From the NCBI GenBank assembly GCA_963667785.2, contig CAXXMU010000001.1, forward strand, positions 768,001-832,000: a stretch of 64,000 nt of DNA. The letters run 5' to 3'. Origin of the DNA: Alphaproteobacteria bacterium. Its GTDB lineage: Bacteria; Pseudomonadota; Alphaproteobacteria; UBA828. Both the position numbers and the translations under genes were made by a program. Under the pieces are notes generated by a model. The model was not told where the DNA came from. It ran no database searches and saw only the letters and a program-made list of their open reading frames with translations. This document shows positions 9,702-19,020 of this stretch, one piece after another. The number at the start of each line of letters is the position of its first letter. The first letter of the stretch is position 1.

Positions 9702-11066
9702 ATGGACGAGCGACAACAGCTCCTCGCGGCGATCGACGAGTTCTGCGGACGGGCGGAGATGGCGCCCACCACCTTCGGCCGCAAGGCGCTGGGCGACGGC
9801 CGCTTCGTCGACCGGCTGCGCGACGGGCGGCAGGTGAGAGCCGCGACTCTCGACCGGGTGCGGCGCTTCCTCGTGGAGAACGCACCGGCCGCCTCTCCGG
9901 CCTCCTCGGCCGCCGGTCCGGCCACGCCTGCAGGGAGCGACGAGAAGGGCGCGTTCCGCTTCTACGACAACCGCCAGAAATATCTGATGTTCGTCAACAC
10001 CTGCAGCGAGAAGTGGGTGGTCTCCGAGCGCGCCGGGATGGAGCTCGGTCATGTCCACCCCCAGCCGCCGGCGCTCAGGGTCTTCGATGCGGGCATGGGC
10101 GACGGCACGGTGCTCACCGGGGTCATGCGGAACATGCACCGGCGCTTCCCGACCTTTCCCTTCTACGTCGTCGGCAAGGAGATCTCCGTCGAGGACGTCC
10201 GTCTCTGCCTCGAGAAGATGCCGGACCGGCTGTTCGAGCATCCGGCGACGGTACTGGTAGTCACCAACATGCACTATTCGGAGGCGCCGTCGCTGACGCC
10301 GCGCTCGATGCAGGCGGCGGCGACGTTGAACTGGATCGAGAGGCCGCTCTCCGGCAACACGGCCCACGAGTTCCACGAGCAGATCGCCGCCCTGCAGCCC
10401 ACGCTCGCCGATACCTGGCGCGTGCGCCCGAGCGAGAAGACCGGCAACCCCCTCTACGTCCGGGCCTCGGTCCTGGTGCTCTACCGCGAGGATCACAGGT
10501 TCCTGCTCGACCCGGTGATCCCGCGCCCCGGCCGCGCCAGCGAGGGCTACGACCTGATCATCGCCTCCCAGCCCTACCGGGCGCGGATGCCGTCCGAGTT
10601 CAAGGTGCAGAAGGTGCTCGCGCCGCTCTCACGCAGCCTCGCGCCCGGCGGCAGGCTGCTCTGCATCCAGTCCTACGGGCGCGATCCCGGCCTCGAGATC
10701 ATTCACAGGATCTGGCCGAACGAGCAGCCCTTCCAGGCGGATCGGCACGTGCTGCTGAAGGCGCTCAAGGCCGAGATCGGCAAGAGCCAGCGCGATCTCA
10801 ACTACAACGCCTATTCCGACCGGCGGGCGATCTTCCGCTACGACATGCACACGCTGCCGACCGAGATCGAAGGCTCCACCATCGGCACGTCGACCCTGTT
10901 CGCGGCGTGGAACGCGGCGATCTACGTCGCCCAGATCGAGGATGCGCGGCTGGAAGGCGTGGTCGCCGACGGCTCCTATCTGGATGCCACGCGCGCGGTG
11001 CTCAGCGAGCGCGGCGGCCTCTGGTTCCAGGACGAGTCCTTCATCGTCTCCCGCCGCCGCCGCTGA
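9702..11066 (+). CDS. uncharacterised protein: N-terminal Cro/HTH-like domain plus class I SAM-methyltransferase-like domain
   Basis: The N-terminal ~60 aa (LLAAIDEFC...TTFGRKALGDGRFVDRLRDGR) is followed by an Ala/Ser/Pro linker, motif-I-like VFDAGMGDG, YDLIIASQPY and LAPGGRL. Confidence 0.75.
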   Translation: MDERQQLLAAIDEFCGRAEMAPTTFGRKALGDGRFVDRLRDGRQVRAATLDRVRRFLVENAPAASPASSAAGPATPAGSDEKGAFRFYDNRQKYLMFVNTCSEKWVVSERAGMELGHVHPQPPALRVFDAGMGDGTVLTGVMRNMHRRFPTFPFYVVGKEISVEDVRLCLEKMPDRLFEHPATVLVVTNMHYSEAPSLTPRSMQAAATLNWIERPLSGNTAHEFHEQIAALQPTLADTWRVRPSEKTGNPLYVRASVLVLYREDHRFLLDPVIPRPGRASEGYDLIIASQPYRARMPSEFKVQKVLAPLSRSLAPGGRLLCIQSYGRDPGLEIIHRIWPNEQPFQADRHVLLKALKAEIGKSQRDLNYNAYSDRRAIFRYDMHTLPTEIEGSTIGTSTLFAAWNAAIYVAQIEDARLEGVVADGSYLDATRAVLSERGGLWFQDESFIVSRRRR

Positions 11067-11095
11067 GGGCGCCTGCGCCGCCTCCCGGCTCAGGA

Positions 11096-12277
11096 TCACA
11101 TCCCGTCGGTCGAAGCCGAGGCGGCGGGCGGCTCGTCGATGCGCGGGCGGGTGAGAATGGGCCAGTAGGCGACGAGGAAGAGGGCGAAGGCGCCGGACCA
11201 GAGCAGGGCCGAGGCGGCCAGCGCATGGGGCTCCGCGGCGGCGCCGGCGAGCGGGCCAAAGACGCGGAGCGCCGCGCCGGCGTGAACCAGGACGAAGGCG
11301 ACCCACTCCGCAGGGCGCGCCGCGAGCGGCCGGCCGGTATGGCCGAGCGCGCTTCGCGTCATCATCCCGAGCATGAGGCCGCCAATGGCGCCGGCGCCGA
11401 GCGCATGGAATGCCGCGGCCGCCGGCACGCCGGTATCCGCCAGCCAGAGCGCCCGCAGCACGAGCGCCGCCGGCAGCCAGGCGTAGGAGAGCGGCAGCAC
11501 CCAGAGCAGGGGCTCGCCGCGCGTCGCCGCCGGATCCCAGAGCCAGAGCCTGACCGCATGCGCGAGCGCACCGGCCGCCGCCACACCTGCGAGCCACGGC
11601 CCGCCCGGCAGCCAGGGGGCGAGGGGGCTCGCGATCAGGAGAATGGCGAGCGAGGCGAAGGCGGCGGCCTCCACGACGGCGTTGCGCCGCGGGCGTGCCG
11701 TCGGCACCGCGTTCTGGGTGAAGGCCGGGACCACTCGCCCCGCCATCAGCGTCACCAGCAGCGCAAAGAGATCCAGTCCGAGCAGCGCGCCGCCGTTCGC
11801 CCGTGCCGGTGCGATCAGGCCCACATGGTCCAGGTGAAACAGCAGGTTGGCTCCGCCGAGCAGCGCCGGCACCAGCGCCACCGGGAGGTTCCGATGATTG
11901 CGCGCCCTGACGACCGGAAGAGCGACCGCGAGCGAGACGCAGGGCAGGAACAGGCAATCCACCACGATGGCCGGCACCGCCGGCCCGGTGGCGATCAGCA
12001 CCCGACCCGCCACCCAGAGGAGCGCGAGGCCCGCGAGCCGCCAGCCGGCGAGGGTGCCGAGGCCGGTCCACGCTCGCGCCGCCGTCAGCAGGAAGCCCGT
12101 CATCACCGCCGCCGCGAAGCCGAAGACCATCTCGTGGGCGTGCCACGCGGGGCCTGCGAGGTAGGGCTCGGCGGGCAGCAGGTCCACGGGCGCGAAATGC
12201 CAGAGCGGCAGTGCGATCGCCGCGAACGCCGCCCCCAGCAGGTAGAAGGGCCGGATACCTACGCTCAATACGGCCAT
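11096..12277 (-). CDS. nnrS: NnrS family membrane protein
   Basis: GIRPFYLLGA, WHAHEMVFGF..AVMTGFLLTA..WTG, GRVVPAFT and MMTRSALGHTGRPL. Confidence 0.93.
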   Translation of the reverse strand: MAVLSVGIRPFYLLGAAFAAIALPLWHFAPVDLLPAEPYLAGPAWHAHEMVFGFAAAVMTGFLLTAARAWTGLGTLAGWRLAGLALLWVAGRVLIATGPAVPAIVVDCLFLPCVSLAVALPVVRARNHRNLPVALVPALLGGANLLFHLDHVGLIAPARANGGALLGLDLFALLVTLMAGRVVPAFTQNAVPTARPRRNAVVEAAAFASLAILLIASPLAPWLPGGPWLAGVAAAGALAHAVRLWLWDPAATRGEPLLWVLPLSYAWLPAALVLRALWLADTGVPAAAAFHALGAGAIGGLMLGMMTRSALGHTGRPLAARPAEWVAFVLVHAGAALRVFGPLAGAAAEPHALAASALLWSGAFALFLVAYWPILTRPRIDEPPAASASTDGM

Positions 12278-12317
12278 TGGCCGCCCCTTTCGCCGCCCGC
12301 GCTCCCGACGAGGGCGG

Positions 12318-12500
12318 TCACCGCGACGGGCGGGGCAGGCCGCTCGCCAGCGCGATCTCCCTGACATGGGTGCCGTGGGAGCCCCTGGCGGCGAAGAGAT
12401 CGACGGCGGCGCGCAGGATCTTGTCCTCGTTCCGGGCGCGGATTCGCGGCTCCGGCGTGCCCGTCCCCGTCTCCGCCTCCGCCCGCACTGTCTTCGTCAT
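12318..12500 (-). pseudogene. 5' stub of a RutR-like TetR regulator (paralog of 32552..33211)
   Basis: RIRARNEDKILRAAVDLFAARGSHGTHVREIALASGLP matches the intact paralog, then stops inside the HTH. The upstream CGCAGTCTAGCC is also shared. Confidence 0.85.
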
Positions 12501-12644
12501 GCTCAACTCCCGAATCGCGCACGCGGGAGGGGGCCTGCAGGCGCCGGTCGCAGTCTAGCCGGCATTTCCGACCATGATCACGACCTGCGTCGCGCTCAGC
12601 GCCATACCAGAGTCATTCAGCGCCAATGACGGCATAAAGCGATA

Positions 12645-12660
12645 CTAACCCATTGGTCAA
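12645..12660. promoter_or_regulatory. RutR-box-like site
   Basis: CTAACCCATTGGTCAA matches 11 of 14 specified positions of TTGACCAnnTGGTCAA. It lies in an AT-rich stretch upstream of the TetR stub. Confidence 0.4.
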
Positions 12661-12748
12661 ACAGCATTTATTCCCTCCCCTGCAGGCTGCCTGTGTCCAC
12701 TCCGCAAATCGCGGAAGCATTCCGTAACCGGATTTGCCTCTCTCACCG

Positions 12749-13215
12749 TCACGTCATGTCCAGCCATGCCGCCATCGCCTCCAGATCGCGGGTGAAGGCG
12801 TCGAACGAACGCACCGGTTCCTCGCTGCCTTCAGGGTTGACCACCGCGAAGTGCCGGTCCTTGCCGATGTCGATCCCTGCGCAGTCCGGGTTCACCACCC
12901 TGAGGCGCCGGGTTCTTCGAGACTTGCGCGCCATGGAACATCCTCCCGCCGTTCGTCTCCGCCGCGGGCGGGGAGGAACTATGTTCGAATTCCCACTCTC
13001 TTGAACGAGGTCGCGGAAAACCCCCGCCATCAGTGACCGGGGCCGACAAAATGGTTCGGGCCAGGCTTAACATCGGGTGCCGCTGCAGCACGCCAGTGAG
13101 CAAACGGCCTCTTCACCCCGCCCGCAGCCGGTTCAAGCCCCAGTCGTCGCAGACACAAGCGCCCGTTGCTCCCGCGACCGAGCCGGAGCGACCCGCAGGT
13201 GGAAGCTTAACAGCA
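12749..13215 (-). mobile_element. IS110-family remnant: 5' fragment of the DEDD recombinase (12934-12749) plus ~280 bp upstream non-coding end
   Basis: LRVVNPDCAGIDIGKDRHFAVV..PVRSFDAFTRDLEAMAAWL is a typical IS110 N-terminus, with GGGAGG upstream of the ATG. It is truncated after about 60 aa. Confidence 0.85.
12935..13210 (-). ncRNA. candidate IS110 bridge RNA region
   Basis: Long non-coding segment immediately 5' of an IS110 recombinase start. Positional inference only; not folded. Confidence 0.4.
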
Positions 13216-13219
13216 AATA

Positions 13220-14011
13220 TCAGCCGAACGCCGCGCGCCCACTTGTGAGGACCGTGGTCTCGCCGACCTTCGCCTGGAAGAACAGGCCGGCGCCCTGACC
13301 GTCGGCGGTCACGTCGATCGGATCCCCGGGCATCACTGGCGCCGCGAGGCGTGCTTCGAGGCGCCTGAGTTCGCTCGGGTGCGCTCCCGCCGGCTCGGCG
13401 AGCATCCGTGCCGCGATCCCGAGCGTGCAAAGGCCGTGCAGGATGGGTCGATCGAAGCCGTTGGCGCGCGCGACCTCGATGTCGATGTGGATCGGATGCA
13501 AGTCGCCGGTCAGTCGGTACAGCGCCGCCCGGCTGCGATCGGTCGCGTGGCGGCCTTGCCAGGACGGCTGCCATTCCTGACGCGAAGCGGACGGTCCCCG
13601 CTCGCCCCCCCAGCCTCCGCGCCCCGGCAGGAAGATGCCGTAGCGCGCCGTGAAGGTCTCGCACTCCACGACGACGGTGACGATCGTGGCCTTGCCTTTG
13701 TCCCACACCTCGGCGATGCGCCCGCGCGCCTCGAACGAGCCGCTGCGCGGCATTGGCCTATGTAACTCCAGACTCTGGGCAGCATGGAGCGACCTGTTCC
13801 GGTTATAGGCGCCGAGACCGCCCGCCTCTTCGACCGCCCAAAGGCCGAGGGCACAGGCGTAAGTCGGCAACACCCTGAGATCCCGCTCGTAGACGAGGTC
13901 CGTCTCATCGCAGGAAGCACCGACGGCGAGCGCATAGAGTATCGCGTCACGCGCATCGTAGGAGATGGTGCGGGTGCCGAGATCGTGCCCGGCCAGGTCC
14001 TTGAGCTCCAT
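13220..14011 (-). CDS. MaoC-like (R)-specific enoyl-CoA hydratase 2
   Basis: AILYALAVGA, DKGKA and the hydratase-2 motif YRLTGDLHPIHID..A...GFDRPILHGLCT. Confidence 0.92.
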   Translation of the reverse strand: MELKDLAGHDLGTRTISYDARDAILYALAVGASCDETDLVYERDLRVLPTYACALGLWAVEEAGGLGAYNRNRSLHAAQSLELHRPMPRSGSFEARGRIAEVWDKGKATIVTVVVECETFTARYGIFLPGRGGWGGERGPSASRQEWQPSWQGRHATDRSRAALYRLTGDLHPIHIDIEVARANGFDRPILHGLCTLGIAARMLAEPAGAHPSELRRLEARLAAPVMPGDPIDVTADGQGAGLFFQAKVGETTVLTSGRAAFG

Positions 14012-14060
14012 GGGATCGCGTTCTCCTCTATGCCGCCGCCGAGGCGCCGGTTCGCGCCGC

Positions 14061-14786
14061 TCACACCATGAGGTAAGCCGCGCGAATCTCCTCGTTCTCG
14101 GCGAGTTCCGCCATCGATCCCTCGTAGCGGATGCGGCCCTTTTCGATGATGTAGGCGCGATCCGAAACCAGGGTCGACAAATGGAGGTTCTGTTCGGAGA
14201 GCAGGATCGACAGGCCCTGCGCCTTCAGATCGAGAATGGTCTTCGCCACCTGCTCGACGATGACGGGCGCGAGACCCTCGGACGGCTCGTCGAGCAGCAT
14301 GGTCGTCGGGTTGCCCATGAGCGTGCGTGCGATGGTCAGCATCTGTTGCTCTCCTCCGCTCATCAGGCCACCGAGCCTGTCACTCATCGCCGCGAGGTTG
14401 GGAAACAACGCAAACAGCTTGTCGTGCGTCCATTCCGGTGCATTCTCGCGCCGGGGCTGGCGGCCGACCTCGAGGTTCTCGGCGACGGTCAGGCTGGTGA
14501 ACACACGCCGGTCTTCGGGCACGTATCCCAGTCCAAGACGGCTGATCTGGAACGATTCCAATCCCTGTATCGGTTTCCCCTCGAAACTGATCTCGCCCTT
14601 CGCGGGCCGGACCAGGCCGATGATCGACTTGATCGTGGTCGACTTGCCTGCGCCGTTGCGGCCGAGCAGCGCCACGACCTCGCTGCGGCGAACTTCGAGC
14701 GACACCTCAGACAGGATCTGCGCCCGGCCGTAGAAGGTGTCGACGCCGGTCAACTCCAGGACGGGTGCGCCCGTCGCCCCGGTCAT
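14061..14786 (-). CDS. branched-chain amino acid-type ABC ATPase (LivF-like)
   Basis: GRNGAGKST, MSGGEQQML and LLDEPSEGLAP. Confidence 0.93.
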   Translation of the reverse strand: MTGATGAPVLELTGVDTFYGRAQILSEVSLEVRRSEVVALLGRNGAGKSTTIKSIIGLVRPAKGEISFEGKPIQGLESFQISRLGLGYVPEDRRVFTSLTVAENLEVGRQPRRENAPEWTHDKLFALFPNLAAMSDRLGGLMSGGEQQMLTIARTLMGNPTTMLLDEPSEGLAPVIVEQVAKTILDLKAQGLSILLSEQNLHLSTLVSDRAYIIEKGRIRYEGSMAELAENEEIRAAYLMV

Positions 14787-15571
14787 GAGATCTCGACCCC
14801 ATGCGCGGCGCCGCTGCCCAGGTAGATCTCCTGGACCTTCTTGTTCGACCGCACCGCCATCGGCGGGCCCTCGGAGATCAGCTCGCCCCGATCCAGCACC
14901 ATGATTCGGTCGGCATGGGCGAAGACCACGTCCATGTCGTGTTCGGTGAAGAGAACGGCGATGCTTCGTTCGTGCACGATCTCGGCGGTGAGCTGCATCA
15001 GCTCCATGCGTTCCCTGGGCGCCATGCCTGCAGTCGGCTCGTCCATGAGCAGGAGTTTGGGATCGTTCGCCAGCGCGATCGCAAGCTCGACCCGCTTGAG
15101 GTCGCCATAGGCCAGCACCCCGCAGGCGCGATCATACTGCCGGTCCATGCCGACCCGCTCCAGCAGCGTCATTGCCTCGTCGATGTAGTGGCTCTTCGCC
15201 GGCCGCCACAATGCCCGCGATCGGCGATGGTAGTTGATCAACGCCATCTGCACGTTTTCGCGTACGGTCATCGACACGAAGGTCGCGGTGATCTGGAACG
15301 TCCGCCCGACGCCGAGCCGCCAGATTGACTGAGGCCGCAGGCCCAGAATACTGCGGCCGTTGAGCCGTACCGCGCCGGCATCGGGCCGGAGCTGGCCGTT
15401 CAGCATGTTGAAGCAGGTGGTCTTGCCTGCACCGTTGGGTCCGATCATGGCCAGAAGCTCGCTCGACGAGAGGGTGAACGAGACCCGCTCCACCGCCTGC
15501 ACTCCGCCGAACGCCTTGCTCAGCGATTCGACCTCGAGCACCGGAGCGCGCTCGTGCGGTGCCGCGCTCAT
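14783..15571 (-). CDS. branched-chain amino acid-type ABC ATPase (LivG-like)
   Basis: GPNGAGKTT, GRTFQI, LAYGDLKRVE, MDEPTAG and EHDMDVVF. The ATG at 15571 overlaps the permease stop. Confidence 0.93.
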   Translation of the reverse strand: MSAAPHERAPVLEVESLSKAFGGVQAVERVSFTLSSSELLAMIGPNGAGKTTCFNMLNGQLRPDAGAVRLNGRSILGLRPQSIWRLGVGRTFQITATFVSMTVRENVQMALINYHRRSRALWRPAKSHYIDEAMTLLERVGMDRQYDRACGVLAYGDLKRVELAIALANDPKLLLMDEPTAGMAPRERMELMQLTAEIVHERSIAVLFTEHDMDVVFAHADRIMVLDRGELISEGPPMAVRSNKKVQEIYLGSGAAHGVEIS

Positions 15572-17508
15572 GTCGCCATTTCCTCCGGCCGCGCCAGCCG
15601 GAGCCGCCGGCCAAGCCGCGTGCCGGCGAATCCGGCGAGGCCCTGGGGAAGCAGCAGCACCAGGGCGATGATGGTCACGCCGAGCAGGAACCGCCAGTAG
15701 CTGAGGACGCTGAACAGATCGTTGAGCCAGGTGAGCGCGGCGGCGCCGAAGATCGGGCCGAAGAGCGACTGCACGCCGCCGAGGAGCACCATTAGCAAGG
15801 CATCGAAGGAGCGCGCGATTTCTAGCGTGGTTGGGAAGATGCTGCCCTTCGAGAACAGGAACAGAGAGCCGGCAAGGCCCGTAAACGCGCCCGAGATCGC
15901 GAAGGCCAGCCAGCGGTGGCGCGTGAGATCGACCCCGATCGCGGCGGCGCGCAACGGCGAGTCGCGGCCGGCACGCAAGGTATAGCCGAATGGCGCATAC
16001 AGGATGCGCCGCATGATCCAGAGCGCGGCTACGCTGAGCCCGACGGTGATGTAGTAGTAGGAGACACGCGCACTCGCCCATTGCGACGGCCAGATGTCGT
16101 TCAGGCCGTCGTCGCCGCCGGTTATCTTGAGCGGTGCGCCGTACTCGTCCGCGATCCCGAAGGTCTTGAGCACGCTGCCCGGCATGTCCTGGAACACGAA
16201 CGCCCATGCGATTTGGGCGAAGGCGAGCGTCAGCATCGCGAAGTACACACCGCTCAGACGCACGCAGAACCAGCCGAACAAAAACGCCAGCAGCGCCCCG
16301 CCGACCGGCGCGGCCCAGAACGCGAGCTCGAACGGTGCGTCCGCGAACTTCACCAGGAGCGCGGCCGCATAGGCGCCGCCGCCGAAATACGCCGCGTGGC
16401 CGAAGCTGACCATCCCACCCGGGCCCATGATGAAGTGGAGCGCGGCGGCGAACAGCACGAAGACCATGATCTCGATCACAAGGACCAGGGTGAACGTGCC
16501 GACCACCTCGGGGAAGACGAGATGCACGATCGGAAGCACGAGGAGCAACGCGCAAGCCGCGCCGGCCAATGCTCGAACCCGAGGCAAGGCCGGACGCAGC
16601 GGCCGCTCGGGCGGACCGGAAGGTATTTGGAGCACTGACTCCGGGATGCCGAGCAGCCCCCACGGCCGGAAGATCAGGACCACCGCCATGACCAGGAACA
16701 TCAGCACCAGCGTCGAGTTGGGCAGTATCTGGATGCCGAAGGTCTGGAGGATGCCGAACAGCAGCGCGGCCCAGAAGGCGCCGAATATGCTGCCCATGCC
16801 GCCCACGACGACCACGACGAATGCGGCGGCGAGGATATTGAAATCCATCAGCAGGTCGGCGCCGCCCTTGGGGATCTGAACGGCGCCGCCCAGCCCGGCG
16901 AGTGCGGAGCCGAGAAACAGGACGCCGGTAAACAACCAGCGCTGGTTGACGCCAAGCGCCGCCACCATCTGCCGGTCCTGAGTCGCGGCCCGAACCAGCG
17001 TGCCCCAGCGCGTCAGCTTGAACAGCGCCCACAGGCCGACCAGCACCAGCGGCGATATGGCGATCAGGGCCAGATCGTATTCTGGAAGCGGCTTGCCGAG
17101 GATAAAGACCGCGCCCTTGAGTCCAGGGGCCTGCGGGCCGACGAGGTCCTCCGGTCCCCAGACCCACAGCGTCACGTCCTGAATGACCAGGATGACCCCG
17201 AAGGTCGCGATCAACTGAAAGAGCTCGGGCGCCTTGTAGATCCGGCGAAGCAGCAGGATCTCCATGACCACGCCGATCAGGCCGACGGCGACGGCGGCAA
17301 TCAGGACGGCGGCCCAGAAGCCGATCCCCGTGGAGCCAATCGCCTGGACCAGCGTGTATCCGATATAGGCGCCCAGCATGTAGAACGAGCCGTGGGCGAA
17401 GTTCACGATCCGGGTGACCCCGAAGATGATCGACAGCCCCGACGCGACCAGGAACATGGCTGCGGCGCTGGACAGCCCGGTCAACAGGCTGACGATGAAA
17501 TCTGCCAC
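15568..17508 (-). CDS. fused LivH-LivM ABC permease
   Basis: Two permease modules in one 646-aa ORF: GLSIIFGVTRIVNFAHG and GMVSFGHAAYFGGG..RLSGVYFAMLTLAFAQ. Confidence 0.92.
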   Translation of the reverse strand: MADFIVSLLTGLSSAAAMFLVASGLSIIFGVTRIVNFAHGSFYMLGAYIGYTLVQAIGSTGIGFWAAVLIAAVAVGLIGVVMEILLLRRIYKAPELFQLIATFGVILVIQDVTLWVWGPEDLVGPQAPGLKGAVFILGKPLPEYDLALIAISPLVLVGLWALFKLTRWGTLVRAATQDRQMVAALGVNQRWLFTGVLFLGSALAGLGGAVQIPKGGADLLMDFNILAAAFVVVVVGGMGSIFGAFWAALLFGILQTFGIQILPNSTLVLMFLVMAVVLIFRPWGLLGIPESVLQIPSGPPERPLRPALPRVRALAGAACALLLVLPIVHLVFPEVVGTFTLVLVIEIMVFVLFAAALHFIMGPGGMVSFGHAAYFGGGAYAAALLVKFADAPFELAFWAAPVGGALLAFLFGWFCVRLSGVYFAMLTLAFAQIAWAFVFQDMPGSVLKTFGIADEYGAPLKITGGDDGLNDIWPSQWASARVSYYYITVGLSVAALWIMRRILYAPFGYTLRAGRDSPLRAAAIGVDLTRHRWLAFAISGAFTGLAGSLFLFSKGSIFPTTLEIARSFDALLMVLLGGVQSLFGPIFGAAALTWLNDLFSVLSYWRFLLGVTIIALVLLLPQGLAGFAGTRLGRRLRLARPEEMAT

Positions 17509-17560
17509 GCTTCGGCTCTTCCGGCTCTCTCGCTCGGACCGTCCCTTATCCCGCCATCTG

Positions 17561-17590
17561 CGTCAGGGGCCGATTGGCCGGCCCCTGACG
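17561..17590. terminator. intercistronic stem-loop after the substrate-binding protein gene
   Basis: CGTCAGGGGCCG-attggc-CGGCCCCTGACG, a perfect 12-bp stem. Confidence 0.6.
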
Positions 17591-17600
17591 ATACGCCGGT

Positions 17601-18839
17601 TCAGTCTCCGCTGCGCAGCTTCCGGACCTCGTCATCGGACGGCAGGTAGTCCGCGCCGTCGAGGTATTTCCAGTCGACCATGATGCCCTGTCCGTCACGC
17701 AACGTGGTCCAGCCGACATAGGCTCCCATGGTCGCTTGGTGATCGATCGCCCGAAAAGTGATGGGCCCGGTCGGCGCATCGAAACTCAGACCTTCCAGGG
17801 CATCGACCATGGCTTCCGTCTCGGTCGAGCCGGCCCGTTCGAGCATGGCCTTGATGGCCAGCATGGTGTTGTAGCCGACGATCGAGCCGATGCGCGGGTA
17901 GTCGTCCCAACGCTGCTGATAGGCGGCCAGGAACGCATCGTGCGCCGGCGTATCGATGTCGTACCAGGGGTAGCCGGTCACCAGCCAGCCCTCCGGTGCC
18001 TCGTCCTTCAGGGGGTCGATGTACTCGGGCTCGCCGGTCAGCAGTCCGACCATCAGCCGTCCCTCGAAGAGGCCGCGCAATCTGCCTTCGCGCGCGAACT
18101 TGGCGAGATCGCTGCCGAAGGTGACGTTGTAGATCGCGTCCGGCTCCAGGCGCTTGAGCGCCTCGACCTCGGCCCCGGCGTCGATCTTGAACAGCGCCGG
18201 CCATTGCGAACCGACGAACTCCACGTCCGGTCGCAGCTCCGTCAACACCCTCTGGAACGCCGCGACGGCGTCCTTGCCGTAGGCATAGTTGGGCGCGATG
18301 GTTGCCCAGCGCTTGGCGCCTTCATCCTTCGCTGCCTCGGCAGCGAGCATCGCCGCCTGCATGTAGGTCGAAGGCCGCAGCCTGAAGGTGTAGCGGTTGC
18401 CCTGAGCCCAGACCAGCGCGTCGGCCAGCGGCTCGGCCGCGATGTACAATCGCTGAGTCTGCTTGGCGTAGGCGGTCAGCGCCAGCCCGACGTGGCTGAA
18501 CAGCGAGCCCGAGATCAGGACCACCTCGTCGCGGTCGAACAACCGCTCGGCCACCTTGACCGCCTCGCCCGGCTTGCCCTGGTCGTCGTGCGATATGAAC
18601 TCGAGCTCACGGCCGAGCACACCGCCCGCGCTGTTGATCTCCTCGATCGCGAGAATTGCCCCTTGCCGGTACGGAATCGTGTGTGCCGGCAGACGCGTGT
18701 ACGAGTTGATGTCGCCGATGCGAATGGTCTCCGCCTCTGCGGACTTGGACGCGGACATGACGCCGGCCGCCGTCACCACGCCAGCTGCGATCACGGCGGC
18801 GGCGCCGGTCGCTGCAAGAAGCGCCTTGAAAGCTCTCAT
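17601..18839 (-). CDS. Liv-type ABC substrate-binding protein
   Basis: Signal peptide, AIEEINSAGGVLGR, DDQGKP, YTFRLRPSTYMQ and NYAYG. GGAGA SD before the ATG at 18839. Confidence 0.92.
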   Translation of the reverse strand: MRAFKALLAATGAAAVIAAGVVTAAGVMSASKSAEAETIRIGDINSYTRLPAHTIPYRQGAILAIEEINSAGGVLGRELEFISHDDQGKPGEAVKVAERLFDRDEVVLISGSLFSHVGLALTAYAKQTQRLYIAAEPLADALVWAQGNRYTFRLRPSTYMQAAMLAAEAAKDEGAKRWATIAPNYAYGKDAVAAFQRVLTELRPDVEFVGSQWPALFKIDAGAEVEALKRLEPDAIYNVTFGSDLAKFAREGRLRGLFEGRLMVGLLTGEPEYIDPLKDEAPEGWLVTGYPWYDIDTPAHDAFLAAYQQRWDDYPRIGSIVGYNTMLAIKAMLERAGSTETEAMVDALEGLSFDAPTGPITFRAIDHQATMGAYVGWTTLRDGQGIMVDWKYLDGADYLPSDDEVRKLRSGD

Positions 18840-19020
18840 CTTCTCCTCCCGATAAGCCAGAATTGCGCGCGGTACTCGCGTGTTGACCGAATTTCCTGCG
18901 AGCCGCGCTGCCATGGCGACCGGTTTCGACCCGGTCCCCGGTAACGGGGCGATAGGTTCCTGGCGCGATCAGTTCATTGGGTCCCTCCCGTTGGTCATGT
19001 GTGCGATCCGAGCGAGCCAA

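Noticed and set aside
7175-12364. 1729-aa plus-strand ORF and many other long Arg/Ala/Gly-rich ORFs
   Set aside because: These are shadow frames of high-GC genes. They overlap well-supported CDSs and have no recognisable motifs.
14783-17167. 794-aa ORF as an extended ATPase fusion
   Set aside because: Only the part from 15571 is LivG-like. The rest is an alternative frame of the permease.
15568-17508. LivH-LivM fusion as a novelty
   Set aside because: Fused Liv permeases are common in proteobacteria.
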